NCBI GenBank assembly: GCA_021792255.1
Contig: JAJYUZ010000002.1
Span: 224,001-288,000, forward strand
Length of the DNA stretch: 64,000 nt
Direction of reading: 5' to 3'
Origin: Thermoplasmata archaeon
GTDB taxonomy: Archaea > Thermoplasmatota > Thermoplasmata > Thermoplasmatales > GCA-001856825
In this document: one piece after another, positions 19,271-30,060 of the stretch
How positions within the stretch are numbered: the stretch's first letter is position 1
How the letters are laid out: the number at the start of each line of letters is the position of its first letter
The notes under the pieces: generated by a model
The model's input: the letters and a program-made list of their open reading frames with translations, nothing else
Databases searched by the model: none
What the model was told of the DNA's origin: nothing
Translations under genes and position numbers: made by a program

Positions 19271-20631
19271 TTTCGGAACCAGTTCCCGATAAGGAAAGCG
19301 TAAATAAACGAAACCCAGCGAAATCCTCGACAGTCTCAGGTTCCCTGCCAATGAAGTTAAAGATACTCTACAGCTTCGGTCAGATGGGAGTAAACATACC
19401 GACGTACTTCTTCGTTTATCTCTGGGCGATTTATTCCCCACATGGAGGGACGCAGTTGATTCCACCTGCCCTCCTTGGGACCGCATTTGGGGTTGGAGTA
19501 ATAGTCCAAGCAATTGCAAATCCGTTCATTGGAAACCTAAGCGACAAGTTAAAATGGAAAATGGGAAGGAGGAGGCCATTCATACTGATAGGTGCGATTC
19601 CGCTCGCAATCAGTTTTATGCTCCTTTTCAGACCGATATCCCAAAACCAATTTTCGAATTTTGTGTATGTAGCCGCTGATTTTGCACTGTTTAATTTCCT
19701 TTACACTTTTGTAGTTCTGCCGTACCTTGCAATGATTCCCGAAATTTCTTTGAACTCTGACGATAGAGTAAAACTTCTAAGCGTAAGTTCGTATTTCAAC
19801 GTCTTTCCCACCATACTGATACTTTTTCTTACAGGGATCTTACTGGAAAAAGGGTACTCTTTCTTCGTAATAGGAGCGGGTGTATCCATCCTCATCGTAA
19901 TATCATTCTTCGTTCCTCTAGTGGCGATACGAAGAGAAAGATTCCAATCTCTGTCTCCCCAATCGTTCAAACTTCCCGAGGCCATTTCCAGTACCTTCAA
20001 GAATAGAACTTTTCTGATTTACGTGTCGTCATATGTGTTTATTATTTTTGGAATGTATGCTTTCGTGAACGCCCTAACCTATTATACAGGCATAGTCATC
20101 CTTCCAGGAAGTTCCGTACAGGCTTATTCTAGTTTTTCCTCTTACATTCTTGCGATTGTATTCATTTTCCTAGCAATTTTCTCTGTCGTCACGATGAAAC
20201 TGTCAAAGAAGTTAACAAAAAAGAGAGCGATGATAATACTTTCTTCCATACTTGCCTTAGGGATGTTACTTCTCGGAATTATACCTTCAAATCCTTCTAT
20301 GGAACTGTTGATTCCGATGTTGGCAATAGTAGGACTGGGGGCGACCGCTCCGATAATCCTCACTTACGCAGTGCTTTCAGACATAATAGATGAAGACGAG
20401 ATCAGAACCGGATACAGAAGAGAAGGAATGTACTTCGGAATCCAGGGATTGATAGAGAGAGTACCATATGCGCTCTCTGGAATGTTCGTGGGTTGGTACT
20501 ATTCGGCTTTTTATCTTCCGACATCTTCTCAAATGACGATTAGATACATTCCATTCATAGCGGCTTTCTCGACGGTGATAATGGTAGTAATATTCACAAG
20601 AGTACCACTAAAAGAGAAACTCAAGGGATAG
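19264..20631 (+). CDS. GPH/MelB-like MFS sugar transporter
   Basis: G.LSD.....GRRRPF, PY.A..PE, D..D.DE..TG.RREG.Y.G. Confidence 0.9.
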   Translation: MVVSEPVPDKESVNKRNPAKSSTVSGSLPMKLKILYSFGQMGVNIPTYFFVYLWAIYSPHGGTQLIPPALLGTAFGVGVIVQAIANPFIGNLSDKLKWKMGRRRPFILIGAIPLAISFMLLFRPISQNQFSNFVYVAADFALFNFLYTFVVLPYLAMIPEISLNSDDRVKLLSVSSYFNVFPTILILFLTGILLEKGYSFFVIGAGVSILIVISFFVPLVAIRRERFQSLSPQSFKLPEAISSTFKNRTFLIYVSSYVFIIFGMYAFVNALTYYTGIVILPGSSVQAYSSFSSYILAIVFIFLAIFSVVTMKLSKKLTKKRAMIILSSILALGMLLLGIIPSNPSMELLIPMLAIVGLGATAPIILTYAVLSDIIDEDEIRTGYRREGMYFGIQGLIERVPYALSGMFVGWYYSAFYLPTSSQMTIRYIPFIAAFSTVIMVVIFTRVPLKEKLKG

Positions 20632-20944
20632 AAGATTCGGCGCAGCATAAACTCTTTACAGACAACTTGAGATAGAAACTGCGTGGAATAGCGAGACGAA
20701 TTTAGCACCTTAAATAATAGACAAAAACAGCGGACTAAGGATGTCTGTAAGGGGTCTTGGACAAATAGCTGGGAGTGAGACACCTCTGGCTGGGATTGTG
20801 TCATAGCGTAGGGGAGGAACAAATATTGGAGTAAGTACTCAAATTCCAGTTTAGAGGAACAGCTGTGAATAATTCCAAAAGGTGATCTGACTCGAAGAAA
20901 AATAGATGCTGATGGTTAAATATTTGTCACGCGTTTCATTAATC

Positions 20945-22108
20945 ATGAATGACGGATTCAATACCCGAGCTGTCCAGTCAGGGGAGTTTAGGGACAAAAG
21001 AATTGGAAACGTTACTACCCCCATTTTCGAGACGTCAACTTTCTACAACCCGAATCCCAACGAATCTGCATACACAGATCACACCAGAAACAAACCATAT
21101 ATGTACACGAGATGGGGAAATCCGACGCTCGAATCCTTGGAGAGGAAATATGCATCACTAGATGCTGTTGAGGAGTCACTTTCATTTTCCTCCGGAATGG
21201 GGGCTATCACATCTTCGGTTCTTTCACTGCTTAAGAAGGGCGACAGGCTCCTCTCCGTGAAGGAGCTCTACGGGGAAACGTTCGTTTTCTTCACGAGATA
21301 TCTGCCCTCTATCGGCATTGATGTCGACATAGTCAAATTGGACGAGATGAATTCAGGGAATGTCAACTTGAACGGTTATGTGGGTCTATATACGGAATCT
21401 GTAGTGAATCCGACTCTCGGAGTTTGCGATATCCAGCTACTTGGTAAAATGACGAATGAAGCTGGAATCCCGCTATTTGTAGACGCAACGTTTGCTACTC
21501 CATATAATCAGAATCCATCAAAACTGGGGGCTGCTTTCACGCTTCACAGTGGAACCAAATATATTGGAGGGCATAGTGACATTTTGCTGGGACTTGCCGG
21601 CTTCGAAAGGAAGAACATGGAAGCAGTCTGGGGAAAGAGAAAACTGCTTGGAGCTTCTCCGGATCCGATCCAAGCGTATCTGGGACTCAGAGGGTTAAAA
21701 ACGCTGGGACTGAGGATGAAAGCTCACAACGAGAATGCTTTTGAAATAGCCAAGTTCTTGTCGGACCACAAAAGAGTTGCAAAAGTTCTATACCCTGGTT
21801 TGGAAGGATTTGCGTATAACAAGATAGCGAAGAGAAACTTGACTGGTTTCGGAGGCATGGTCTCTTTCGAACTTGCAGGAGGTTTGAATTCAGCCAGAGA
21901 CATGGCTAAGAAACTCAGGCTCTTCTCCTACGCTCCGAGCCTCGGAGGAGTAGAATCTCTCCTCACCCTTCCTGCTGAAACTTCTCATCTAAGTCTGACT
22001 CCAGCGGAAAGAAAGGAGGCAGGGATAGCCGATGGTCTGGTTAGAATGTCCGTCGGGATCGAGAATAAAGAGGACCTTATAGAGGATCTCAAGATCGCAC
22101 TTGGATGA
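20945..22108 (+). CDS. Cys/Met metabolism PLP enzyme (cystathionine gamma-synthase/lyase family)
   Basis: YTRWGNPT, FSSGMGAI, DATFATP, HSGTKYIGGHSD, SLGGVESL. Confidence 0.92.
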   Translation: MNDGFNTRAVQSGEFRDKRIGNVTTPIFETSTFYNPNPNESAYTDHTRNKPYMYTRWGNPTLESLERKYASLDAVEESLSFSSGMGAITSSVLSLLKKGDRLLSVKELYGETFVFFTRYLPSIGIDVDIVKLDEMNSGNVNLNGYVGLYTESVVNPTLGVCDIQLLGKMTNEAGIPLFVDATFATPYNQNPSKLGAAFTLHSGTKYIGGHSDILLGLAGFERKNMEAVWGKRKLLGASPDPIQAYLGLRGLKTLGLRMKAHNENAFEIAKFLSDHKRVAKVLYPGLEGFAYNKIAKRNLTGFGGMVSFELAGGLNSARDMAKKLRLFSYAPSLGGVESLLTLPAETSHLSLTPAERKEAGIADGLVRMSVGIENKEDLIEDLKIALG

Positions 22109-22112
22109 GCAA

Positions 22113-23477
22113 TTAACTCTGATCAAGCTTGAATTCCGTGCCCACTTCTTCAAATATTTTCTTCTCTCTCTCAACTGCCACTGACAGACAACACTGTTTC
22201 GAGCTCTCGTATCCATTTTCTCCAAGTCTATCCGCAGCGTTGCCTATTGCTTTAAGGATCATTTCAGCGGCAGTTTCGAAATCTCCAGAAGGGAATACGT
22301 AACCATTTGAATCGTTCACGACGAGTTCACTGACCCCCGCTCCACTGCTGACGACGGCAGGCTTCTTGTTAGTCCATCCTTCTAGAACTGTTATTCCAAA
22401 TCCTTCGAGGCTCGAGGTGAGTAAGACGACTGATGCCAGATTGTAAGCAGCTTTTAGCTCTTCCCGAGAGGAATGACCAAGGAAAATCACGTTTTCCACT
22501 AGGTTTAACTCTTTCACAAGTTTTTCAAGCTCTGATTTCCAAGATGCCCCTTTCCCAAATCCAAGACCGCCCCTAGAAGACGAAGAAAAACTGCCATTTC
22601 CTATTAATGCAAGCTTCATTTTTGCTTTCTTGCTCGCAATGGCAAATGCCTTTATCCCAACGTCTTGAGACTTTATTCTGTCCATTCTTGCTACTATTAT
22701 TACTAATTTCTCATCTTCCTTGAGACCTATCTTTTTCCTCAGTTTTTCGACTTCTTCTGTTTCAGCAGGGTTAATCCAGTCTTTGGGATCGATGTAGGGG
22801 TAAAGTTGGTATGCTCTTCCTCTGTAGTCCGATTTGATTAATCCTTCTAGGTCCCTTCTTGTGCTAACAACAACTGCATCGAAACTTTCCATGCCCTTCA
22901 CTACTATTCTTCTCGCAAACTTACCCATTTTCTCTGGTACGAATGGAATGTGCCATCTTAGGACAGCAGGAGCTGCTGGACCTATGGCCGTACCAGTCAT
23001 TAGAAGTTGGAAGTCCTGGACATAAAATAGGTCTATGTCCTTTATATATTCGAACATCTTCTTTGCGTTTTCCCAGTTATAGGTCGCGTATGCATTGAAT
23101 TCATCCTGGGTAAATCTTGTCTTTCCGACACCGTGAATCTCTGACCACAAACCCTCCTTGAATATTGTGTAATTTCTAAGAACTCTTTCATCTATTTCGA
23201 CGTGAGAGATCATAAGGTTGCCTATGGAGAGGCGTGGCGGGTAGTTTATACCAAGAGAGACCCATATAACTCTGTCGAGAAATCCATCTTCCAGCATGCT
23301 CTTAACAGCAGGATAAAGCATGTTGGTTACTCCGCCCGGAGTGAACTCGTAATCTAAACCTTCTTCCAGACTCTGAATATCCAATGGGTCTGAAAGATTG
23401 CCATATTTCTCCAAGAGATCTTCGTAGCTCAGCTTAAATCTCACTACTGGAGTTTGGCTATCAACACAGATTTTCAT
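22113..23477 (-). CDS. GT4 glycosyltransferase
   Basis: GGV N-terminal loop, ARMD..K, EGFG.TVLE. Confidence 0.88.
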   Translation of the reverse strand: MKICVDSQTPVVRFKLSYEDLLEKYGNLSDPLDIQSLEEGLDYEFTPGGVTNMLYPAVKSMLEDGFLDRVIWVSLGINYPPRLSIGNLMISHVEIDERVLRNYTIFKEGLWSEIHGVGKTRFTQDEFNAYATYNWENAKKMFEYIKDIDLFYVQDFQLLMTGTAIGPAAPAVLRWHIPFVPEKMGKFARRIVVKGMESFDAVVVSTRRDLEGLIKSDYRGRAYQLYPYIDPKDWINPAETEEVEKLRKKIGLKEDEKLVIIVARMDRIKSQDVGIKAFAIASKKAKMKLALIGNGSFSSSSRGGLGFGKGASWKSELEKLVKELNLVENVIFLGHSSREELKAAYNLASVVLLTSSLEGFGITVLEGWTNKKPAVVSSGAGVSELVVNDSNGYVFPSGDFETAAEMILKAIGNAADRLGENGYESSKQCCLSVAVEREKKIFEEVGTEFKLDQS

Positions 23478-23824
23478 CTGCTATAAATAAGAGAATTTAT
23501 TAAAAGGTTATCCCCACTTCTTAATCGAAATGTAGGTTTCGATGCTTTGATTGACTCGTAAGAGTCGTCGGAAACCCTATTTGCCCTCAAATTTTGTAAA
23601 TTTTTTAGGGTGGCCCAACTTTAATGAGAAGCTTAGGAGTCGTGGTACATTTAACGAAGTTCGGTTTGGTTTGATCAAGAACTGCCATCACGTAATTGGC
23701 CCCTACTCCTATCTCCGCGGGACTGAAAATATCCGTCAACCCGACTATTGAGTCGGAATATAATAATTTGAGTCAAGCTGCACTCTGAAGGTAAAGTTCT
23801 TTAGAGTAAATTGTTTGATACGCT

Positions 23825-24577
23825 ATGTGCAGGATGGTGCTGCTTTGGGGAGATTTCGAGAACGTTTTTGAGCCATTTTTCAGATCACTCTCGGACGTCG
23901 CTGAAAATGACTCCCTTGCAAGAAATGATAATGAACCACTTTCCCACAAAGATGGTTGGGGGATATTGAATATTTCAAAGGAAAGAATAAAACTCGAACG
24001 CTACGGAAATCCGCTAACTCTCAGAGTCGACCCTCCCGATACAAGAAAGGGTGTTGCCATAATACACGCTAGAGCAGCCGCAAAAGGAGAAGGAATGGGA
24101 ATACTGAACGCTCATCCATTTCATTTACAGGACGAAACTTATGATGTTTACATCACTCACAATGGGTGGTTTGACAAGTACAAAATCAACGAGTTGCTGA
24201 AACTAGGCTCGGTCAAGAATATGAACGACTCCGAGGTGTTCTTGAAGCTCGTAATGACCCAAAAAGGACCAATAGAAAACAGAGTCAGGACTGCATTAAA
24301 GCTATCGAGGAAGAATGGTTATATGAAGGGGGGAGCGAACGTCTACGTGGTCAGCATTAAACGGGGGACGAACAAAGTGTCCATAATTTACCATACCGAT
24401 ACCAGTCAGGAAAAAACTTATGGCGAGTACAACAAGTTGTATCTCATGAAAGGTAGGACTTGGACCGGTGTCACCTCTAGCAGCTTAAGACTATCCAGGT
24501 ATTTTCCAAAAAAGATAGAAATAGAAGAGCTCAGGAGGGGAAAAATCTACACTGCCAAAATGGAGCTTTCTAATTGA
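23825..24577 (+). CDS. Class II glutamine amidotransferase-like protein
   Basis: MCR start, H.DGWG, HAR.A, N.HPF, HNG, DSE. Confidence 0.88.
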   Translation: MCRMVLLWGDFENVFEPFFRSLSDVAENDSLARNDNEPLSHKDGWGILNISKERIKLERYGNPLTLRVDPPDTRKGVAIIHARAAAKGEGMGILNAHPFHLQDETYDVYITHNGWFDKYKINELLKLGSVKNMNDSEVFLKLVMTQKGPIENRVRTALKLSRKNGYMKGGANVYVVSIKRGTNKVSIIYHTDTSQEKTYGEYNKLYLMKGRTWTGVTSSSLRLSRYFPKKIEIEELRRGKIYTAKMELSN

Positions 24578-24954
24578 ACGTTTTCGATTCACCTCCCTAA
24601 ATATGCAGAAAACTGCTCAACTCACATTAGTAACCTCAAATCTTTCAGGGAGGAGACGCCTGGAAACAAAACCGCAAATGAAAACATAGCTAGAACAGGT
24701 TGAGCCCCGCACATGCTGAAAGACTCTTTGAATTTGAATCACTACAGTGCCGATCCAGAAAGGCACAATTAAAGATCTAGCGGTCTAAGAACTGACCAAA
24801 ACCCTCGGTACGATAAAGGTGATGATTAAGACGGATCAAAGCAGGGAGTGAAATATATCTCAAATTCTACCACTCAAAAATCTGTTTCAGGCATCCAGTC
24901 AATTATCTGACCACGCGATGAAAAATATATATATCGGAATTCTAAAGATAAGTA

Positions 24955-25569
24955 GTGCTAAACGACGATTTCTGGGATTATTTTGAAGACAAAGGTATTC
25001 CTGAATCCGAGGTCAATAGATTGCTCGAAGAGAGTAAGATAGTAGTGCAGTATGAGAGAAGTATGCTAAAGAATGGAAGATACTGGCAGATTTCAAAGGA
25101 CGAGGTCAGATCCATATATTCAATTATTAGACAGAGAAAGCCAAAAATAGTGATTGAAACGGGCATGGGTTCCGGGGTGTCCACAACGAGCATTCTTTCG
25201 GCACTTAAGCACGAGGGGAAATTGATTAGCATAGATCCAGGGATTCCATACGGGAAGGGAGACAAGGAAGTCGGTTTCATCATACCGACTGAACTCAGAT
25301 CCAATCTAGAATACGTCAAGGGTACGTCTTCAGAAAAGCTGAAAGAGGTCTTAAGTTCCTTGCAATCACTCGACGCATTCTTTCACGACTCTGATCATTC
25401 TTACGATAATGTAATGTTTGAGTTGAATTGCGTCTGGTCAAAGATAAGATCGGATCCTCTCATGCTGATTGATAATTATGACTGGTCGGAGGCCGCCAAA
25501 GATTTTGCAAAGAAGAAGCACTTAAAGCTGAGAAACCTTGCAGATGATCTTGCACTTTTATCTAAGTGA
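24955..25569 (+). CDS. Class I SAM-dependent methyltransferase
   Basis: IETG...GVST, SID, F.HDS.HSY. Confidence 0.85.
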   Translation: MLNDDFWDYFEDKGIPESEVNRLLEESKIVVQYERSMLKNGRYWQISKDEVRSIYSIIRQRKPKIVIETGMGSGVSTTSILSALKHEGKLISIDPGIPYGKGDKEVGFIIPTELRSNLEYVKGTSSEKLKEVLSSLQSLDAFFHDSDHSYDNVMFELNCVWSKIRSDPLMLIDNYDWSEAAKDFAKKKHLKLRNLADDLALLSK

Positions 25570-25590
25570 AATTGAATCTCAAGTACCAGT

Positions 25591-26364
25591 CTACCGTGCT
25601 TCCAGGAAATCGAGTGAATCGGTCAGTTCTCTTACGTCGTCGTTGATACCAGATAACCAGTAGAAGTCCTGAATGATTCTGGACCTAATGACGTTCAGAT
25701 TTTTAGATTTGTAGCTGCGGAATTCAAATGGTGGACTTGTTCTTAAGAGGATCAGATTACTCGCTTTTCCCTTGTACACCGCCTTCTTTTTTCCAGTGAG
25801 TAGTTCTCTCCATTCTTCGTCCGATACCTTCCCCTCGCTCCTCCTTATGATCGTCTCTGCAGATATCCTCACGAAGTTCCATGAAAAAGACATTCCTTCA
25901 AAGAGAAGAAGGGTGTGAGTTTTCTTTATCAAAAACAGAACTCTCGAAAGTACCACCTTTTTCGCGGGGTCTCTTGAAAACGAAGTAAGTTCGCCACTCA
26001 AAAACTCTCTAATGGTCTTCTTCAACGACGTCTCATTCAGGGCCCTGTCACAAAAATAGAGGTATTCTTTTTTGAGGGACCTCCTAAGGTTTACAAAATT
26101 GTCGGTCTCATAGTACCCTCTAACCGCAATTCCTCTTATCGAGTCCACTATCTTGCAGACTTTCTGTGAATCTTCGTGCTGTACTTCTATAATGGAAGAA
26201 GATGATCTAACATGAGAGTCTGTCCTCGAAGAGCCATATATTTTCTTTATACCGATGGGTGATAGTGCTTTCAATATTTCTCCCTGAACAGTAGGTAAGT
26301 TGGGCTGGATCTGGAAACCGTAAAACGATTCATCGTAGGCTATCTTGAGTAAGCAGTATTTCAT
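25591..26364 (-). CDS. truA: tRNA pseudouridine(38-40) synthase
   Basis: IAYD...F.GFQ.QP...TVQG, SRTD..V, G.SF....VR; GGAGG RBS before ATG at 26364. Confidence 0.85.
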   Translation of the reverse strand: MKYCLLKIAYDESFYGFQIQPNLPTVQGEILKALSPIGIKKIYGSSRTDSHVRSSSSIIEVQHEDSQKVCKIVDSIRGIAVRGYYETDNFVNLRRSLKKEYLYFCDRALNETSLKKTIREFLSGELTSFSRDPAKKVVLSRVLFLIKKTHTLLLFEGMSFSWNFVRISAETIIRRSEGKVSDEEWRELLTGKKKAVYKGKASNLILLRTSPPFEFRSYKSKNLNVIRSRIIQDFYWLSGINDDVRELTDSLDFLEAR

Positions 26365-27229
26365 CTCGATACCTCCTTGATAGTTTGTCGGCATATTTCG
26401 TTTGGGGGAAATGGGGCTCACTCTCCAGTACTTTTATGCACTCTTTAAGACTCATTCCAAATCCCCTAGAAACGATGTATTTTCCCATCTTCTCACCAAT
26501 CTTCTTGGTACCCAAAAAGATGCCATTTCCTTTCTCCGTACCTAGCAGCAAGCTCTTTGCAAGACCAATCGTTGCAGAATTCTTTGTAACCCCGACTAGA
26601 GTTGCGACGCCTCTCTGGTCCCTATGAAGAATTCCGTTTCCATCTATCACGTTAATCAAATCTGTCTTGACCAAGGATTCAAAAATCTCACCTTCTCTTA
26701 AATAGAGATAATTTGGAATGTATGGCGATCTTGTCTCTTTTATAGAAATCTCGTAACTGATGGGTTCCTGAAAATCCACGGCGACTCCCACAGCTAATCT
26801 TCCCTTATAGGATACGTCCATAGCTCTCAACCCTCCCGAGTGTTCCACTCTCTTGTTGATGTCTATCCTGCCTATTTCTTCCCTAAATCTCTTTAGTGGA
26901 AAATTTGATTTGAATTCTCCGAATCTTACCTTGTCAAGATTCTCCACCTTCCCTCTGGAAATTATGATACCATCTCTTTTGAGCCTTCGTACCTTTTCCT
27001 TGACTCCGTCTGGATTGGTATAACCACCAAGAGTACCATCTGACATAATGACCCTGTAGCACGGATAGGTGTCAGGATACTGATTCTCAGAGAGCATCTC
27101 TCCGACCGCTCTCGAAGCTATTACGTCTCCTAGCTGACGTGCCATGTCCCCATAGGTAGATACAAATCCTTCAGGGATCTGAGCAAGAAGCCTGTAGAAT
27201 TCTTCGTAAATGTCAGGCTTGCTGATCAT
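26330..27229 (-). CDS. O6-alkylguanine-DNA alkyltransferase fused to endonuclease V (AGT-endoV)
   Basis: IP.G.V.TYG, RAVG, PCYRV, then DVSY, YIP..L.LRE, DGNG.LH, IG.AKS. Confidence 0.9.
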   Translation of the reverse strand: MISKPDIYEEFYRLLAQIPEGFVSTYGDMARQLGDVIASRAVGEMLSENQYPDTYPCYRVIMSDGTLGGYTNPDGVKEKVRRLKRDGIIISRGKVENLDKVRFGEFKSNFPLKRFREEIGRIDINKRVEHSGGLRAMDVSYKGRLAVGVAVDFQEPISYEISIKETRSPYIPNYLYLREGEIFESLVKTDLINVIDGNGILHRDQRGVATLVGVTKNSATIGLAKSLLLGTEKGNGIFLGTKKIGEKMGKYIVSRGFGMSLKECIKVLESEPHFPQTKYADKLSRRYRDEILLTQDSLR

Positions 27230-28136
27230 TAATGCTAACTTCCATCTCCATCAGTTCATCTGCGGCTGTCACATTTGGAAAAATTGACCTTGCCTCTTCG
27301 ACTATTGGTCCTATGTCGATGTACCTTGGACTGAAATGAACCAAGACGAGTCTCTTAGTATTGGAATCTCTAGCTTGAATACCCGCATCTTTTCCAGTTG
27401 AGTGACCATAAGATATTACTTTGTTTTCGTTGCTCTTTTCTCCCGTGGACTCGTGAATCAGAATAGTGGAATTCCTGAAAAAATTTGTAAGGCTTTCGTC
27501 CTTCCTCGTGTCTCCGGAATATGATATTTTCCTTCCCTTTCTGACTCCCGCCGAAATGTCTTCGAGACGGATCGTCTTTCCGTTCACCTTAACGGCTCCT
27601 TCTCTTCTTATCTTTTCAAGCAGATTTCTTGGAACCTTCTGTTCTTGAATCTTTGCTTCTTCCAATTTCGCATAGTCCCTTTCAATCAAAGAATAGCTTA
27701 GGGCTGGAATGGTATGATTTGCCTTTGCATAGGCGATGGAATAGTCTCCGAAGTCCAGTGATGAATTTCCCCTCAGTTCTTCAATCCTGATTTCGAAATT
27801 TAGCGAGTAGTATCCTATCGACAACAGATTTCCCAGCACGGTTGATGCACCTACGGGACCGTAAATTTCAAGTGGATCTGTTCTTCCATAAAAGCTCATA
27901 GTCTGTATTAGTCCCGGCAACCCGAGAAAGTGATCGCCGTGGAAGTGAGTTATGAAAATTCTTTTTATCTTCATCAGCGAAAGAGAACTCTTCATCAGGG
28001 ACGTTTGAGTGCTCTCTCCACAATCAAAGAGAATAGCTTCGTCGTTGATCCTTATTCCAATGCTGAGGGTATTTCTTTGAGGCGTTGGCCACGAACCTCC
28101 TGTCCCCAGAAAATAGACTCTAATGGAGGATATCAT
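27213..28136 (-). CDS. rnz: Ribonuclease Z
   Basis: LGTG...PT..RN, THFHGDH, SGDT, HES, HST, H.SPRY. Confidence 0.95.
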   Translation of the reverse strand: MISSIRVYFLGTGGSWPTPQRNTLSIGIRINDEAILFDCGESTQTSLMKSSLSLMKIKRIFITHFHGDHFLGLPGLIQTMSFYGRTDPLEIYGPVGASTVLGNLLSIGYYSLNFEIRIEELRGNSSLDFGDYSIAYAKANHTIPALSYSLIERDYAKLEEAKIQEQKVPRNLLEKIRREGAVKVNGKTIRLEDISAGVRKGRKISYSGDTRKDESLTNFFRNSTILIHESTGEKSNENKVISYGHSTGKDAGIQARDSNTKRLVLVHFSPRYIDIGPIVEEARSIFPNVTAADELMEMEVSINDQQA

Positions 28137-29227
28137 CCTGATCTACCGAGTATCTTGAGTTCTACTTCGTTCATCTCTTCTGGGCTGCTCTTGGTTCTTG
28201 GTCTAGAGGGGAGGAAGTGACAGTCACACGATGAGGTATCAGAAAGGAAGATGTCGAAAGCTCCAATTTTCTCCGAAAGTCTTTCGATTTCGATCTTGTC
28301 AAACCCGATTAGCGGTCTGAATACTGGGATATTGACCTTCTCCTCTATTGTATTCAGGTTATCGAGGGTCTGACTTGCCACCTGACCTAAATCCTCTCCT
28401 GTTATAATCGCTTTCCCTCCGATTTCCCTTGCATAGTTTTCTCCCTCCTTGTACATCTCTCTCTTGCAGAAGATGCACGTCCACCTTTGCTCCTTGCTCT
28501 TCCTGAGTTCCATCACAGTCTTCCCGATCATTTTTCTATGGTCCATGACCTTAATCTCAATAGGATAGGGGGAATACTGTTCCAGCAGTTCTTTGTTCCT
28601 GAATACCTTCTCGAGAGTTCTGGAACTCTGAAAATAGTGAATAAGATTCAGTTCCATTCCCCTCTTCATCATCATATACGCAGCTACAGGGGAGTCGATT
28701 CCCGCAGATATCAGAGCAACACCCTTGCCCTGGGATCTAACTGGCATTCCACCTACTCCTTGAACTGTCACTTCGTAAATATAAGTAAATCTCGATCCAA
28801 TGTCAATTCCTATATTCTTCTCATAGTTGAATAGGTCCACCTTCGCTCTGGGATTCGCATCAAGAACTAATTCGCCAAGTTTAGCAGAAAACTCTTGTGA
28901 AGTGATCGGAAAATTCTTATCTCTCCTATTAACGGTGACTCGAAAACTCCCATTGACTTCGATTCTCACCACTCTCTTCACTATTTCTTCGACGCTGGAT
29001 GGTATCCTCTCCACGGCAGAAAAGGAGGAGATGCCAAATATTTTTGATAGCAAATGATCTACTCTTTCTTCTGATTCGACTATCAATCTGGATTCTTCCG
29101 TGTTCACGCGACCCTTGACAGAACTTTCGTTCAGTTTTGCCATGATATTTCTCGCAAGAAGCTCCTCGAAATAGTTCCTATTATCACCTTTAGTACCTAT
29201 TTCTGAATATCTGACGAGGGTTAGCAC
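28133..29227 (-). CDS. thiI: tRNA 4-thiouridine synthase (THUMP + PP-loop)
   Basis: RY.EI..KG.NR, SAGIDSPVA, GQVASQT, RPL.G.DK.EI. Confidence 0.92.
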   Translation of the reverse strand: MLTLVRYSEIGTKGDNRNYFEELLARNIMAKLNESSVKGRVNTEESRLIVESEERVDHLLSKIFGISSFSAVERIPSSVEEIVKRVVRIEVNGSFRVTVNRRDKNFPITSQEFSAKLGELVLDANPRAKVDLFNYEKNIGIDIGSRFTYIYEVTVQGVGGMPVRSQGKGVALISAGIDSPVAAYMMMKRGMELNLIHYFQSSRTLEKVFRNKELLEQYSPYPIEIKVMDHRKMIGKTVMELRKSKEQRWTCIFCKREMYKEGENYAREIGGKAIITGEDLGQVASQTLDNLNTIEEKVNIPVFRPLIGFDKIEIERLSEKIGAFDIFLSDTSSCDCHFLPSRPRTKSSPEEMNEVELKILGRSG

Positions 29228-29407
29228 AAGGGTCTAAAGTATCCTATTTTATCAATCTTTCTTAGTTCTCTCACGCACTCGAAGTCACGAAAGAACCTAT
29301 TAAATCCATCGCCGTTGTCGGACCCAAGAATCGACATTTTTTCGACACGATTTGTTTTAAAAATCTCAAAATAAAGATTAATAGTGACGGCGCATATAAG
29401 CTAGAAA

Positions 29408-30019
29408 ATGATTCTCTCCGATGAGTTTCTACACATAACGATAGAACTTTTTGTCGTAGTAGACCCATTTGCTGCAATGATTATGTTCATAACCTTTGCT
29501 CGGGGGGAGACAGAAAAGGAAAGGATGAGACTAGCCAATGACGCCACTATATCGAGTTTCCTGATTCTCCTTTTCTTCGCGTTTGCAGGCTATTATATTC
29601 TCCTCTATTTTGGAATATCTATAGCGGCTCTGGAGATCGCTGGAGGTATCCTGATACTATTGACGAGTATAGAAATGGTCACCGAGGGAGACAAACCTTC
29701 AGGGAAAAAAGGTACGGGTGTGGAGGGATCTGAAAAGAGAGATGTCGGAATAGTTCCCCTGGGAACACCACTGCTGGCTGGACCAGGAGCAATATCACTG
29801 GTCATACTCTTAATGCACGATTACAATCCAGTACTAGTGGTACTGGCAATAGTTGTGGTATCTGCTATCACCTTCATTCTCTTCCTTTCTAGCTTTTACA
29901 TTTACAAAATTATAAAAGAGAAGGGAGCGAGGGCTCTCACAAGAGTTTTCGGTATTTTGGTCGCAGGATTTGCCGTTCAATACATACTCACTGGAGCGCT
30001 TCATTTTTTTAACCTATGA
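29408..30019 (+). CDS. MarC family membrane protein
   Basis: VDP, AGG, VPL..PL.AGPG.I, R..G. Confidence 0.92.
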   Translation: MILSDEFLHITIELFVVVDPFAAMIMFITFARGETEKERMRLANDATISSFLILLFFAFAGYYILLYFGISIAALEIAGGILILLTSIEMVTEGDKPSGKKGTGVEGSEKRDVGIVPLGTPLLAGPGAISLVILLMHDYNPVLVVLAIVVVSAITFILFLSSFYIYKIIKEKGARALTRVFGILVAGFAVQYILTGALHFFNL

Positions 30020-30060
30020 ATTGTCCCAGTTTATTAACAAGGTAGAATTATGGTAATCTA

